A DNA stretch of 64,000 nt from Eubacterium sp. (GTDB lineage Bacteria > Bacillota > Clostridia > Lachnospirales > Lachnospiraceae), in contig JAFZRN010000008.1 in assembly GCA_017619835.1 (NCBI GenBank), forward strand, positions 25,490-89,489, read 5' to 3'. Below, piece by piece: positions 54,677 through 64,000 of this stretch. The position numbers and the translations under genes were made by a program. Numbering within the stretch: the first letter of the stretch is position 1; every line of letters starts with the position of its first letter. The notes under the pieces were generated by a model. That model searched no databases. It was given only the letters and a program-made list of their open reading frames with translations, and was not told the DNA's origin.

Positions 54677-54706
54677 GTGACAAACAAATCAGATCTGTTT
54701 GTCACA
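54677..54706 (+). promoter_or_regulatory. Palindromic hairpin element, copy 2 (see 15985..16015)
   Basis: GTGACAAAC-aaatcagatct-GTTTGTCACA is 27/30 identical to copy 1. It lies 30 nt upstream of the DUF2339 gene ATG. Confidence 0.5.
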
Positions 54707-54736
54707 TTTTCGAATGAATACCCGGGAGAAATGATC

Positions 54737-56962
54737 ATGGCAGATATTCAACGATTGGAAAATGAATTGCAGGAGAGTAAGAGAATGCTCCTTACTCTTA
54801 ATTCAAAGCTGCAGAGTATGGAAGCGGAGATCGCAGAGCTGAAGAAGCAGCCACAGGTTGCTACTGAGGAATCTCAGACCCAGCAGCTTGCACGGCAGCC
54901 GGTACAGCCACAGACTCAGCAGCCGGTACAGCCGGTACAGCCACAGCAGCCTGTACAACCACAGGGCTCCATATATCAGCAGGCTCCGGCATATGCACAG
55001 AAGCCTCAGCAGCCACAGCCCATCATGCAACCTCAACAGCCACAGCCCATCATGCAGCCTCAACAGCCGCAGATGCAGCCACAGCAGCCGCAGATGAAAT
55101 GGAATCAGCAGCAGCCTAAGAAGCTTCAATATTCAGAGGAGATGCTCGGAAAGACCATCATGGGCATCGCTGCTTCAGTGCTTATCTTCATAAGCCTTAT
55201 CCTGTTTGCGATGCTCGTTATACCGCATCTTACGGAAGGTATGAAGGTTTCGCTTATGCTCCTTATAAGCATCGGCATCACTGCAGTCGGTCTTGTTATG
55301 TGGTTCAGAAAAGAAAAGAAGAGCACATTCTTCCTTTCACTCGGAGCCTGCGGTGTCGGGTCGATATATATATCACTTTTTATGTGTAATGCTTATTTCC
55401 ACATAATAAATGATATCGTTCTTTATGTGCTTATCCTGCTCTGGGCAGCGGGCGTTCTTGTGCTTTCGAGATATAAGCAGCGACTGTTTGAGATAATCGG
55501 AGAAGCCGGAATCCTCATATCAATCCTGTTCGGTTGCTATTCCTGTACGAAGAGCGATGACTCTACAATGCTCATGGTACTTACCATATATTCGGTCATC
55601 GGTGTGATCGCATTCTTAGGCTTCAGATATAAGGATGATATATCGCTTCTGATCCATGGTGTAGCCGGAACTGTCGGAATAGTCGCTCTTACAGCTTCCA
55701 ATACTACTATCATAGGAAGTATGGGGATGACAGCTAATAATCTGGTGATATTCGGATTACTTGCCCTGTTCTCGATAGCGATAATCGCACTTTATCTTTA
55801 TAGATCGAATAATGAAAATGTCTCCTATCTTGTACCGATATCCATAATCATCAGTATACTTCTGGATGTTATCGTATATAACATGTTCAGTGATGAGAAG
55901 ATCGGATGCATTGCCGTGATCCTTTTATCCATAGCGATATATGTCCTTCTGGAATATCTGAAAAGTGCCTGGAAGGACCGGATCAGTGTCGGTTCCTTCA
56001 GTGTTATCATGGATGTCTGGCAGATTATAGAGCTGTTCATCATAATATTCTGTGTGATGGATGTAGAATACCTCAAGGATTATGTGGGACCTGCACTTAT
56101 AGCAATCCCTCTCATCATTTACGGATTCATCAGAGAAGACAGATTTACTCAGATTAAAGGTCTCGGCGCCTATGGTATCTTAACATTCTGCGCCACAATG
56201 AACGTTACGGCGTATACGATCCTTACGATCTTATGCTTTGCCCTTATATCAATATTCATGTATGTGAAGAGAAATACATACAGCGAGGTTATCAAGGATA
56301 TATCCTACGGGCTCTTCATATTGGGAATCGTTATATCATTCGTCCTGATAGTCGATAAAACGGGATGGGATATTGAAATCTCCGGCGTGGCTCTGCTCTG
56401 GATACTCGGGCTTATCAACCTTGTCACTCTGATAACCCCGTATTCGAAGAGCTGGCTGACTCTTGAAGAAGAGAAGCCATTTAAGATAATAAACTATGTG
56501 ATAAACGGAATGCTTATGTTATATTCGCTGTACCTTGTAACAGAACTCAGCGATGAAGGAATGCATTTCGTTGCGGTACTCGGAGCGATCGGCCTGTTCT
56601 GTATCAATTCGGTCAACATTCTGAAAAAGAAGCAGAAGATATCCTCGATATATGTGGGACTTAAGTTCACGATCCTTGTCATGGTGATCCTGTCATCTTA
56701 CGACGCGCCTAACTATGTCTTAAGTATATGCGCGTTTGTCCTGGCGATAATCTTTATCATCCTCGGCTTCATGATGGATATAAAGTCACTCAGGATTTAC
56801 GGCCTTGTTTTATCACTTATCTGTGTGGTCAAACTGGTGATGATAGATATCACTTATGATAATACTCTCGGACATGCCTTAAGCTTCTTCATAAGCGGCG
56901 TTTTATGCTTTGTGATAAGTGCCGTTTACAGCGTTGCGGAGAAGCGTCTGAAAGCCAAATAA
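54737..56962 (+). CDS. DUF2339-like polytopic membrane protein with an N-terminal coiled coil and a Pro/Gln-rich repeat region
   Basis: MADIQRLENELQESKRMLL.. coil, then QPVQPQ/PQQPQPIM repeats, then more than 15 TM helices. ATG 54737 lies 8 nt after GGGAG. Confidence 0.6.
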   Translation: MADIQRLENELQESKRMLLTLNSKLQSMEAEIAELKKQPQVATEESQTQQLARQPVQPQTQQPVQPVQPQQPVQPQGSIYQQAPAYAQKPQQPQPIMQPQQPQPIMQPQQPQMQPQQPQMKWNQQQPKKLQYSEEMLGKTIMGIAASVLIFISLILFAMLVIPHLTEGMKVSLMLLISIGITAVGLVMWFRKEKKSTFFLSLGACGVGSIYISLFMCNAYFHIINDIVLYVLILLWAAGVLVLSRYKQRLFEIIGEAGILISILFGCYSCTKSDDSTMLMVLTIYSVIGVIAFLGFRYKDDISLLIHGVAGTVGIVALTASNTTIIGSMGMTANNLVIFGLLALFSIAIIALYLYRSNNENVSYLVPISIIISILLDVIVYNMFSDEKIGCIAVILLSIAIYVLLEYLKSAWKDRISVGSFSVIMDVWQIIELFIIIFCVMDVEYLKDYVGPALIAIPLIIYGFIREDRFTQIKGLGAYGILTFCATMNVTAYTILTILCFALISIFMYVKRNTYSEVIKDISYGLFILGIVISFVLIVDKTGWDIEISGVALLWILGLINLVTLITPYSKSWLTLEEEKPFKIINYVINGMLMLYSLYLVTELSDEGMHFVAVLGAIGLFCINSVNILKKKQKISSIYVGLKFTILVMVILSSYDAPNYVLSICAFVLAIIFIILGFMMDIKSLRIYGLVLSLICVVKLVMIDITYDNTLGHALSFFISGVLCFVISAVYSVAEKRLKAK
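55010..55063 (+). repeat. Tandem 27-nt repeat (two copies, one mismatch) encoding QPQPIMQPQ
   Basis: cagccacagcccatcatgca[a/g]cctcaa occurs twice, followed by shorter cagccgcagatg repeats extending to 55096. Confidence 0.9.
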
Positions 56963-57064
56963 AAGTTGTAAAAAAGCGTGTAAAATGATAGAATTAAAGG
57001 GATTATGGGGTTAAAATATTACTTAAAAAACAGTAATGAATAAACTTATAAGGAGTGGATGAAT

Positions 57065-58420
57065 ATGTCACAGAAAATATCATTTAATTTTGATAACACA
57101 AAATTCATGGTAAGTGATGCTGAGATCGAGGCAATCAAGCCCAGGATCGAAGCAGCTAAGAAGACTCTTGTAGAGAAGACAGGAGAGGGAAATGATTTCC
57201 TTGGATGGATCGATCTTCCTGTTGATTATGACAAGGAAGAGTTTGCCCGCATCAAGAAGGCTGCAGAGAAGATTCAGTCTGATTCAGATGTACTTCTCGT
57301 AATCGGAATCGGCGGCTCATATCTCGGAGCAAGAGCAGCAATCGAAGCTCTCCGTCATGGATTCTATAATTCGGTATCAAAGGAGATCCGCAAGACTCCA
57401 GAGATCTATTATTGCGGTAATAACTTAAGCTCAACATATATCAGCGAGCTTGTTGAAGTTATTGGAGACAGAGATTTTTCAATTAACGTTATCTCAAAAT
57501 CAGGTACAACAACAGAGTGCTCTGTTGCATTCCGTCTCTTCAAGGAAATGATCGAGAAGAAGTACGGTAAAGAGGAAGCTGCCAAGAGAATATATGCAAC
57601 TACCGATAAGGCCAGAGGAGCTCTTAAGACTCTTTCAAATGAAGAGGGTTATGAGACCTTCGTAGTTCCCGATGATGTAGGCGGACGTTTCTCGGTACTT
57701 ACAGCTGTTGGTCTTCTTCCGATCGCTGCTTCGGGTGCTGACATCGATAAGCTTATGCAGGGTGCTGACAATGCAAGAGAGTTCTGCCTTGAGAATGGAT
57801 TTGATGACAGTGACGTAATGCAGTATGCGGCAGTAAGAAACGTGCTTCATGAAAAGGGACTCGGAATGGAGATCCTCGGCAACTTCGAGCCTGCACTTCA
57901 CTTTGTTACAGAGTGGTGGAAGCAGCTCTACGGAGAGAGCGAAGGTAAGGACGGGAAGGGTATCTTCCCTGCAGGCGTTGATTTCACTACAGACCTTCAC
58001 TCACTCGGACAGTTCATTCAGGAAGGTACAAAGAATCATTTTGAAACCTTCATAAATGTTATCAATCCTCGTAAGACTGTCATCATGCAGAAGGAAGACA
58101 CAGATCTTGATGGTCTTAATTATCTGGCAGGCCAGACAGTTGATTTCATCAACAAATGTGCTATGAACGGAACGATCCTCGCACACGTTGACGGCGGAGT
58201 TCCGAACATCCGTATAGATATGGATACTATCGATGAGCTTGCGCTTGGCGAGCTGTTCTACAAGTTTGAGTTCGCATGTGGCGTAAGCGGATATACTCTC
58301 GGGGTTAATCCGTTTAACCAGCCGGGTGTAGAAAGCTATAAGAAGAATATGTTTGCTCTTCTCGGAAAGCCGGGCTTTGAAGAGATGACTGCCGAGCTTA
58401 AAGCAAGACTTGGAAAGTAA
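57065..58420 (+). CDS. pgi: Glucose-6-phosphate isomerase
   Basis: [11 protein letters not shown]..., [19 protein letters not shown] and GESEGK motifs, with a length of about 450 aa typical of Firmicutes. ATG 57065 lies 9 nt after AAGGAG; ATG 57059 is an alternative. Confidence 0.95.
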   Translation: MSQKISFNFDNTKFMVSDAEIEAIKPRIEAAKKTLVEKTGEGNDFLGWIDLPVDYDKEEFARIKKAAEKIQSDSDVLLVIGIGGSYLGARAAIEALRHGFYNSVSKEIRKTPEIYYCGNNLSSTYISELVEVIGDRDFSINVISKSGTTTECSVAFRLFKEMIEKKYGKEEAAKRIYATTDKARGALKTLSNEEGYETFVVPDDVGGRFSVLTAVGLLPIAASGADIDKLMQGADNAREFCLENGFDDSDVMQYAAVRNVLHEKGLGMEILGNFEPALHFVTEWWKQLYGESEGKDGKGIFPAGVDFTTDLHSLGQFIQEGTKNHFETFINVINPRKTVIMQKEDTDLDGLNYLAGQTVDFINKCAMNGTILAHVDGGVPNIRIDMDTIDELALGELFYKFEFACGVSGYTLGVNPFNQPGVESYKKNMFALLGKPGFEEMTAELKARLGK

Positions 58421-58430
58421 ATCAAAAAAT

Positions 58431-58461
58431 CTTCCCCCTCTTTATGAGGGGGGATGTATTT
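58431..58461 (+). terminator. Rho-independent terminator after pgi
   Basis: CTTCCCCCTC-tttat-GAGGGGGGA followed by TGTATTT. Confidence 0.7.
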
Positions 58462-58496
58462 AATAAAAAATGAGAGAGAGAAAACCGGAGGGTAAC

Positions 58497-60266
58497 ATGA
58501 AAGTTTTTAAGAAAAGAAGCCTGAGTCTGTTAGTAGCTCTTGCAATGATCATTCAGTGTATTGCGGGAAATGCTATCTTTTTTAATTCTGAGGCTGGAAA
58601 TGTCTATGCCGCAGAAAAGAATGCCGAGGAAGTTTACGTTCCCGGTTCTACCAATACATTCGGTGTCATTCCACATGACATGAAAGAGATCGTTTCATCT
58701 GAGATGGATCTTACAAATGAGGATGAATTTATTCCGGGGTCGGCGCTTAAGGGTAATACTACCGTAGCAGCTCATGACTGGTATAAATACAGCACCAAGT
58801 ATTTTTATGAAAGTTTGTCAGCGAATCAGAAGAAACTGTATGTGGCTTTCTATGAGTACTGTATGTATTATCTGACAACTGCTGATACAAACAATGATCA
58901 TCCGTCAAATTATAAGTCATCACTTATTAATACCGGATCTAAGATCGTAAACGAATGTATAACAAAAGAATTCACGTTCTCGAGCTATGGTGTTTCACAG
59001 AGTGAGGCAGATACTGTTTTCGCAGTTTTCCTTTATGAGAATCCGCAGTTTTATTTTGTAGATGCTAATTATTTCAGAACCTATACGGGTATCTATCTTA
59101 CATTCTATGATCTCTTTATGAACAGTGTTTCAAGAGCAAGTATCACAGAGAAGATATTCTCACAGATAGATACATGGGCAGGCCAGGTTGCTGCTGAATC
59201 TACTCCATATAATAAGATAAAGAAAGCTCAGGACATAGTTACCGAGCATAATGTGTATGGATGGTCAATGTATTCTGTTTCAAAAGAAGTAGGACCTTTT
59301 GATCCTTCAAGAACACAGTACTGGAATGAATATTATGATCAGTCACTTTACAGTTCTGTAATCCTTAAGATGACGGTATGTGCAGGTTATTCAAAGCTTA
59401 CCATGGCTCTGCTCAGGAAAGCCGGAGTAAATGCCATCGTAATAACAAGCTCCAGCCATGCATGGAATATGGTCAAGGCCGGAGCTAACTGGTATAACCT
59501 TGATACAACATGGGATGATGATGTTATCGATGCATCTGATCCGGTAGGCTGGTTCTTCCTTGTATCGGATACAAATCTTAAAGCACATGATGGAAACGGC
59601 GGCGCACATAATCCTACGGCTAACTGGACATCACATTATAAGCCGGTCTGCTATGATGATTATTCTGATGATACATATATGACTCCGGGACATTCAACGG
59701 ATAAGACCGAGTCAGATGTAAGCGGACAGTTTAAAGGTAAATGGATTCCGGAAGTAACTCCTGTAGTAACTCTTTCAACGACGAAATTTACATATACAGG
59801 CGGAGCTATCAATCCTACTATCACTGTTAAGGCAGGAGGATATCCCGTAGCTGCGGGTAATTATGAGGTTATCTATCCTTCAGGCGGATTCAATGTAGGT
59901 GATCATCAGCTTACGGTTAAGCTTAAGCCTTCATCAGGATATGCCGGACAGGCACAGGCTTCATATACTATCAATCCGAAGTCAACAGCTATTAAGGGCA
60001 AACTTAAGGCTGGTTCGGGTTCCTTCAAGATCAAGGTTAAGAAGGTTTCCAAGATGGCTTCCGGATATCAGGTACAGTACAGCCTTAAGAAGAACTTCAA
60101 GGGTAAGAAGACAGTTAATCTTAAAGGTTTCAAGAAGACTTCTAAGACCATTAAAGGACTTAAGAAGAAAAAGAAGTATTATGTAAGAGTAAGAACCTAT
60201 AAGACCGTTGACGGCGAGAAGTATTACTCAGCATGGTCAAAGACCAAGACAGTAAAGACTAAATAA
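58497..60266 (+). CDS. Secreted transglutaminase-like (Cys-His-Asp) protein with an Ig-like module and a Lys-rich Fn3-like C-terminal module
   Basis: Signal peptide MKVFKKRSLSLLVALAMI... Core CAGYSKL...SSHAWNMV...NLDTTWDD. The C-terminus reads SGYQVQYSLKKNF...YYVRVRTYK. Confidence 0.75.
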   Translation: MKVFKKRSLSLLVALAMIIQCIAGNAIFFNSEAGNVYAAEKNAEEVYVPGSTNTFGVIPHDMKEIVSSEMDLTNEDEFIPGSALKGNTTVAAHDWYKYSTKYFYESLSANQKKLYVAFYEYCMYYLTTADTNNDHPSNYKSSLINTGSKIVNECITKEFTFSSYGVSQSEADTVFAVFLYENPQFYFVDANYFRTYTGIYLTFYDLFMNSVSRASITEKIFSQIDTWAGQVAAESTPYNKIKKAQDIVTEHNVYGWSMYSVSKEVGPFDPSRTQYWNEYYDQSLYSSVILKMTVCAGYSKLTMALLRKAGVNAIVITSSSHAWNMVKAGANWYNLDTTWDDDVIDASDPVGWFFLVSDTNLKAHDGNGGAHNPTANWTSHYKPVCYDDYSDDTYMTPGHSTDKTESDVSGQFKGKWIPEVTPVVTLSTTKFTYTGGAINPTITVKAGGYPVAAGNYEVIYPSGGFNVGDHQLTVKLKPSSGYAGQAQASYTINPKSTAIKGKLKAGSGSFKIKVKKVSKMASGYQVQYSLKKNFKGKKTVNLKGFKKTSKTIKGLKKKKKYYVRVRTYKTVDGEKYYSAWSKTKTVKTK

Positions 60267-60267
60267 T

Positions 60268-61413
60268 ATGGATCAGCAATTTGAATTTATCGCTCCATGC
60301 CATTTCGGACTGGAAAGCGTCCTCAAGAAAGAGGTGTTAAGTCTCGGATATGAGATTACCGAGGTTGAGGATGGCAGGGTCACCTTCAGGGGACCCATCA
60401 GTGCAATGGCAAGGGCAAACATTAACATCAGAACAAGTGAACGAATTCTCCTCAAATGTGGTAGCTTCTCGGCTACCACATTTGACGAATTATACGAAGG
60501 TATCAAGCATATACCGTGGGCCAGGATAATCCCGAGAGACGGACGTTTCTGGGTTACCAAGGCTACAACGAACCGTTCAAAGCTCTTCAGCCAGACAAGC
60601 ATTCAGAGTATAGCAAAGAAGGCTATGGTTGAGAGCATGGCTTCGACCTATCATGTGAACCGCTTCACTGAGGACGGAGAGGAGTATCCGGTAAGGATAT
60701 TCATCAAGAAGGACGAGGTTACGGTGGGACTTGATACTACCGGAGTATCACTTCATAAGAGAGGTTACCGTACACGTGTGGGAAAGGCGCCTATATCGGA
60801 AACGCTCGCTGCAGCACTTATTATGCTGACACCCTGGCGTGAGGACAGACTGCTTGTCGATCCCTTCTGCGGGAGTGGCACATTTCCGATCGAAGCGGCA
60901 CTTATCGGCGCCAATATCGCTCCGGGTGTGAACAGGGATTTTACGGCATGTACCTGGGAGAAGCTGATTGATAAGAAGACCTGGTACGAGGCCTATGATG
61001 AGGCGCGTTCTCTTGAGAAGACAGATGTCGAGATGCATATCCAGGGCTATGACATTGATTCGGAGATCATTAAATGTGCCATTAAGAATGCCGAGGATGC
61101 GGGAGTATCCGGGTTTATACATTTTCAGGCAAAACCGGTGAAGGAGTTAAGTAGTCCGAAGCCCTACGGCTTCATTATCACGAACCCGCCTTATGGCGAG
61201 AGGCTGGAGGATAAGAAGGATCTTCCGGAGCTCTATACCGTGATAGGTGAAAGATACAGGGCACTTAAGGACTGGTCCATGTTTCTTATCAGTTCCTATG
61301 AGGACGTGGAAAGATATGTGGGCAGGAAGGCGGATAAGAACCGCAAGATATATAACGGAATGATCAAGTCGTATTATTACCAGTTTATGGGGGCAAAACC
61401 ACCGAAGAGGTAA
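60268..61413 (+). CDS. THUMP-domain class I SAM-dependent RNA methyltransferase (RlmL/YpsC-like, COG0116)
   Basis: N-terminal ferredoxin-like/THUMP region, DPFCGSGTF (SAM motif I) and ITNPPYGERL (motif IV). Confidence 0.85.
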   Translation: MDQQFEFIAPCHFGLESVLKKEVLSLGYEITEVEDGRVTFRGPISAMARANINIRTSERILLKCGSFSATTFDELYEGIKHIPWARIIPRDGRFWVTKATTNRSKLFSQTSIQSIAKKAMVESMASTYHVNRFTEDGEEYPVRIFIKKDEVTVGLDTTGVSLHKRGYRTRVGKAPISETLAAALIMLTPWREDRLLVDPFCGSGTFPIEAALIGANIAPGVNRDFTACTWEKLIDKKTWYEAYDEARSLEKTDVEMHIQGYDIDSEIIKCAIKNAEDAGVSGFIHFQAKPVKELSSPKPYGFIITNPPYGERLEDKKDLPELYTVIGERYRALKDWSMFLISSYEDVERYVGRKADKNRKIYNGMIKSYYYQFMGAKPPKR

Positions 61414-61417
61414 GAAA

Positions 61418-63079
61418 TTGAAGAAAATTATTGCTATAATTTCTTTAATATTTGCAGTGTCTCTCGTGATGATCTTTACAGCGGACGTAAAGCCCGGAAG
61501 GATTGTTCGCGGGAAGGGCGTTGAAGAAGCGGCTGAAATCTTAAAGGCAAAGAAGGCCTCTTTCATTCAGGAGAACGGAATCGACATACTGATAGACGGA
61601 AAGAGTCTCAGCAACTTCGGTTACCGGCTGAAGATAGATGAAGGCCTCGGCGTATATGCTTCCGAAAGATTCATGGAGGACATAATGGGATGCTCCGTGA
61701 TCTTCGATAAGAAAGGCGGCGTCACTGTAGACAGGAACAAGACGGAGCTTGAGTTTTCGAAAAATGAGCTCGAGACGGCGGGTAACGAAGCCTTCATTCC
61801 CATAAGCGAGCATATCGGTGAGCTGGGATATGAAATAGAGTATGATTTTACGGGCAACCGTATCAATTTCAAGAATCTTGACGGTGGTAATTATCTTCCC
61901 GATGCCTATGACTTAAGGGAGCATGACAGAGTGACACCTGTAAGAGATCAGGGCAAGCTCGGTACTTGCTGGGCATTCGCATCACTCGGTGCGCTGGAAA
62001 GCGTTTCGATGCCGGCTGAAGAGAATATCTATTCGATAGATCATATGTCCTTTAATAACGGCTACAGCCTCGACATAAGCGACGGTGGTGAGCATACCAT
62101 GAGTATTGCCTACATGGCTGCATGGCGCGGACCGGTTTATGAAAAGGACGATGAATACGGTGACGGCGAGACCAATGAGAACCTTACGGCAGTGAAGCAT
62201 CTTGAGGAAGCCATCATCATGAACTCCAGGGATGATAACAAGGTTAAGAGTGCCGTATATAAGTACGGCGGCGTAGAGACCTCGATATATATGGAAATGC
62301 CCTACGGCAGTACAACCTCGGAATATTATAACGATGCGAACTCCAGTTATTATTATAACGGGATACATTCCCCGAATCATGATATTGTGATCGTGGGATG
62401 GAATGATCATTATCCTAAGGAAAACTTTGAAAAAGAACCGCCGACGGACGGTGCATATATCTGCAAGAACAGCTGGGGCGAGGACTTCGGTGACGGAGGA
62501 TATATCTATGTATCCTATGCCGATGTGAATATCGCTAACCAGGCCATCGTATATACGAGACTTGCCGAAAAAGATAATTATGACAATATATATCAGTCCG
62601 ATGTACTGGGCTGGGTAGGCCAGATGGGCTTCAGTGAGGAATCTGCTTACTTTGCAAATGTATATACCGCAAAAAGTGATGAGATGCTGAAAGCCATATC
62701 GTTTTATGCCACGGGAGATAATACAAGCTTTAAGGTTTTCGTGGTAACCGATTTTAAGGATTCAAGCTCACTCAATTCCGGAAGGATAGAGATAGGAAAG
62801 GGTGAGACGAGATTCGCAGGTTATTATACCGTAGATCTGAATAAGGATATAGAGCTTAAAAAGGGTCAGCGGTATGCTGTGATCGTAAGCATCAAAACCC
62901 CGGGCAGTGAAAAACCCATCGCAATCGAGTGCGATGCGGGAAGCAGGACCGAGGGACTCGACCTTTCAGACGGCGAAGGCTACATGAGCCTATATGGTGA
63001 GGTATGGCACAGCGCAGAAGAATCTAATGCAAATTTATGCCTGAAGGCATTTACAGATAATAAGATGAGGAAAGATTAA
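61418..63079 (+). CDS. Secreted papain-family (C1) cysteine peptidase with N- and C-terminal accessory domains
   Basis: TTG start with signal/anchor MKKIIAIISLIFAVSLVMIF. RDQGKLGTCWAFASLGALES (Cys), HDIVIVGWND (His), KNSWG (Asn/Trp). Confidence 0.85.
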   Translation: MKKIIAIISLIFAVSLVMIFTADVKPGRIVRGKGVEEAAEILKAKKASFIQENGIDILIDGKSLSNFGYRLKIDEGLGVYASERFMEDIMGCSVIFDKKGGVTVDRNKTELEFSKNELETAGNEAFIPISEHIGELGYEIEYDFTGNRINFKNLDGGNYLPDAYDLREHDRVTPVRDQGKLGTCWAFASLGALESVSMPAEENIYSIDHMSFNNGYSLDISDGGEHTMSIAYMAAWRGPVYEKDDEYGDGETNENLTAVKHLEEAIIMNSRDDNKVKSAVYKYGGVETSIYMEMPYGSTTSEYYNDANSSYYYNGIHSPNHDIVIVGWNDHYPKENFEKEPPTDGAYICKNSWGEDFGDGGYIYVSYADVNIANQAIVYTRLAEKDNYDNIYQSDVLGWVGQMGFSEESAYFANVYTAKSDEMLKAISFYATGDNTSFKVFVVTDFKDSSSLNSGRIEIGKGETRFAGYYTVDLNKDIELKKGQRYAVIVSIKTPGSEKPIAIECDAGSRTEGLDLSDGEGYMSLYGEVWHSAEESNANLCLKAFTDNKMRKD

Positions 63080-63669
63080 TGAAAAAACTGATATTCGCAA
63101 CAGGAAACCCTAACAAATTAAGAGAGATAAAAGAGATCCTTGCCGGTATGGATTATGAGATCCTTACCATGAAGGAAGCAGGAGTTGATATAGATATAGT
63201 AGAGGATGGCAAAACATTTGAGGAAAATGCTCTCATAAAGGCAAGAGCCGTTTGTAAGGCAAGCGGACACCTTGCACTTGCAGATGATTCGGGTCTTGTG
63301 GTAGATGCCTTAGGCGGAGAGCCCGGAATCTATTCTGCAAGATATATGGGTGAAGATACATCCTATGATATAAAAAATCAGGCCATCATCGACAGGCTTG
63401 AGGGCGTTCCCGATGAGAAGAGAAGTGCAAGGTTCGTTTGTGCAATGGCAGCTGTTTTCCCCGACGGGACTGAGAAGACCTTCATAAAGGCTATGGAGGG
63501 CAGGATCGGTTATGAGATCGCAGGAGAAAATGGCTTCGGATACGATCCGATATTCTTCCTGCCTGAGTATGGGAAAACCTCAGCAGAGATATCACCCGAA
63601 GAAAAGAATGCAATAAGCCATCGTGGACAGGCACTTCGTGCAATGGCAGATTATTTAAGAGAAATGTAA
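63079..63669 (+). CDS. rdgB: XTP/dITP diphosphatase (non-canonical purine NTP pyrophosphatase)
   Basis: LIFATGNPNKLREIKEIL, DDSGLVVDALGGEPGIYSARY, FGYDPIF, SHRGQAL. The ATG overlaps the upstream stop (TAATG). Confidence 0.93.
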   Translation: MKKLIFATGNPNKLREIKEILAGMDYEILTMKEAGVDIDIVEDGKTFEENALIKARAVCKASGHLALADDSGLVVDALGGEPGIYSARYMGEDTSYDIKNQAIIDRLEGVPDEKRSARFVCAMAAVFPDGTEKTFIKAMEGRIGYEIAGENGFGYDPIFFLPEYGKTSAEISPEEKNAISHRGQALRAMADYLREM

Positions 63670-63684
63670 CTGACGGACGAGGTC

Positions 63685-64000
63685 ATGGTAAGAAAAATAC
63701 TTATTGTAAGTGACTCTCATTCAAAGAGTCAGAATATAAAAACAGCGATAGACCGCGAGCAGCCCGACATGCTGATCCACCTCGGTGATATCGAGGATGA
63801 TCCGGAAACTGTAAGAGGCTGGCTGGATGCGGCGGCCCGAAAGTTTAATTCAAAGACAGAAGATCCTGCGAAGATGAAAGGGCTCCCGATCCCGGCTGTG
63901 TTTATTCAGGGAAACTGTGACCGCTACATGGGGATTGACAGCCTTAAGAGGATTGCGGTATTTGAGGTAAATGATCACCGCTTCTTCTGTGTTCACGGAC
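63685..64000 (+). CDS. YfcE/YsnB-like metallophosphoesterase (MJ0936 family); 3' end lies beyond the window
   Basis: Not in the ORF track because there is no stop in the window. MVRKILIVSDSHS...MLIHLGD...FIQGNCD...FFCVHG are metallophosphoesterase motifs. The rdgB-ysnB type pairing is known from Bacillus. Confidence 0.8.
   Translation, partial: MVRKILIVSDSHSKSQNIKTAIDREQPDMLIHLGDIEDDPETVRGWLDAAARKFNSKTEDPAKMKGLPIPAVFIQGNCDRYMGIDSLKRIAVFEVNDHRFFCVHG

Overview
This is a 64-kb chromosomal segment from a low-GC Firmicute. The gene content looks Clostridia/Lachnospiraceae-like, which is inference only. I recognised no rRNA, tRNA, CRISPR array, transposase, integrase or phage genes.

Most of the window is housekeeping:
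- Translation and tRNA modification: trmL, gltX, pheST behind a Phe T-box, queA.
- Arginine synthesis: argG and argJ-argB.
- Glycolysis: pyk and pgi.
- Other metabolism: iorAB, an acyl-CoA ligase and rdgB.

Envelope and signalling genes are interleaved with these:
- An ABC-2 transporter with a NarL-type two-component system.
- An OmpR-type two-component system and an orphan response regulator.
- LCP, lgt, GH25, SleB-like and amidase-like wall enzymes.
- A 1359-aa LRR surface protein.
- Secreted transglutaminase-like and papain-like proteins.

Two genes are absent from the ORF track because they run off the window edges: 1..1940 (-) and 63685..64000 (+). A 49-aa ORF at 12784..12933 is below the track's length cut-off.

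Nothing here amounts to a clearly novel multi-gene system. The observations most worth follow-up are:
1. An AT-rich islet at about 3.6-6.3 kb. A YozG-type HTH gene sits among three sigma-A-type promoters (two near-consensus), each with an embedded TATAGTC-N8-GACTATA palindrome. They drive two DUF5684 paralogs, a zinc-ribbon/DUF4190 gene and lgt.
2. That zinc-ribbon gene has an in-frame TAA inside its first CxxC knuckle.
3. A 30-nt hairpin element with a conserved loop occurs twice, upstream of pyk and upstream of a DUF2339 gene.
4. A roughly 220-nt GC-rich structured leader lies upstream of yihY-gltX and fits no riboswitch class I recognise.
5. An orphan promoter-to-terminator unit at 33.5 kb is a candidate sRNA.
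6. An SH3b/Amidase_3 lipoprotein has substitutions at three motif positions that I recall as metal-binding or catalytic.
7. A translationally coupled pair encodes a zinc-ribbon membrane protein and a double-TPM protein.

All functional calls rest on motifs read by eye. No database search was run.
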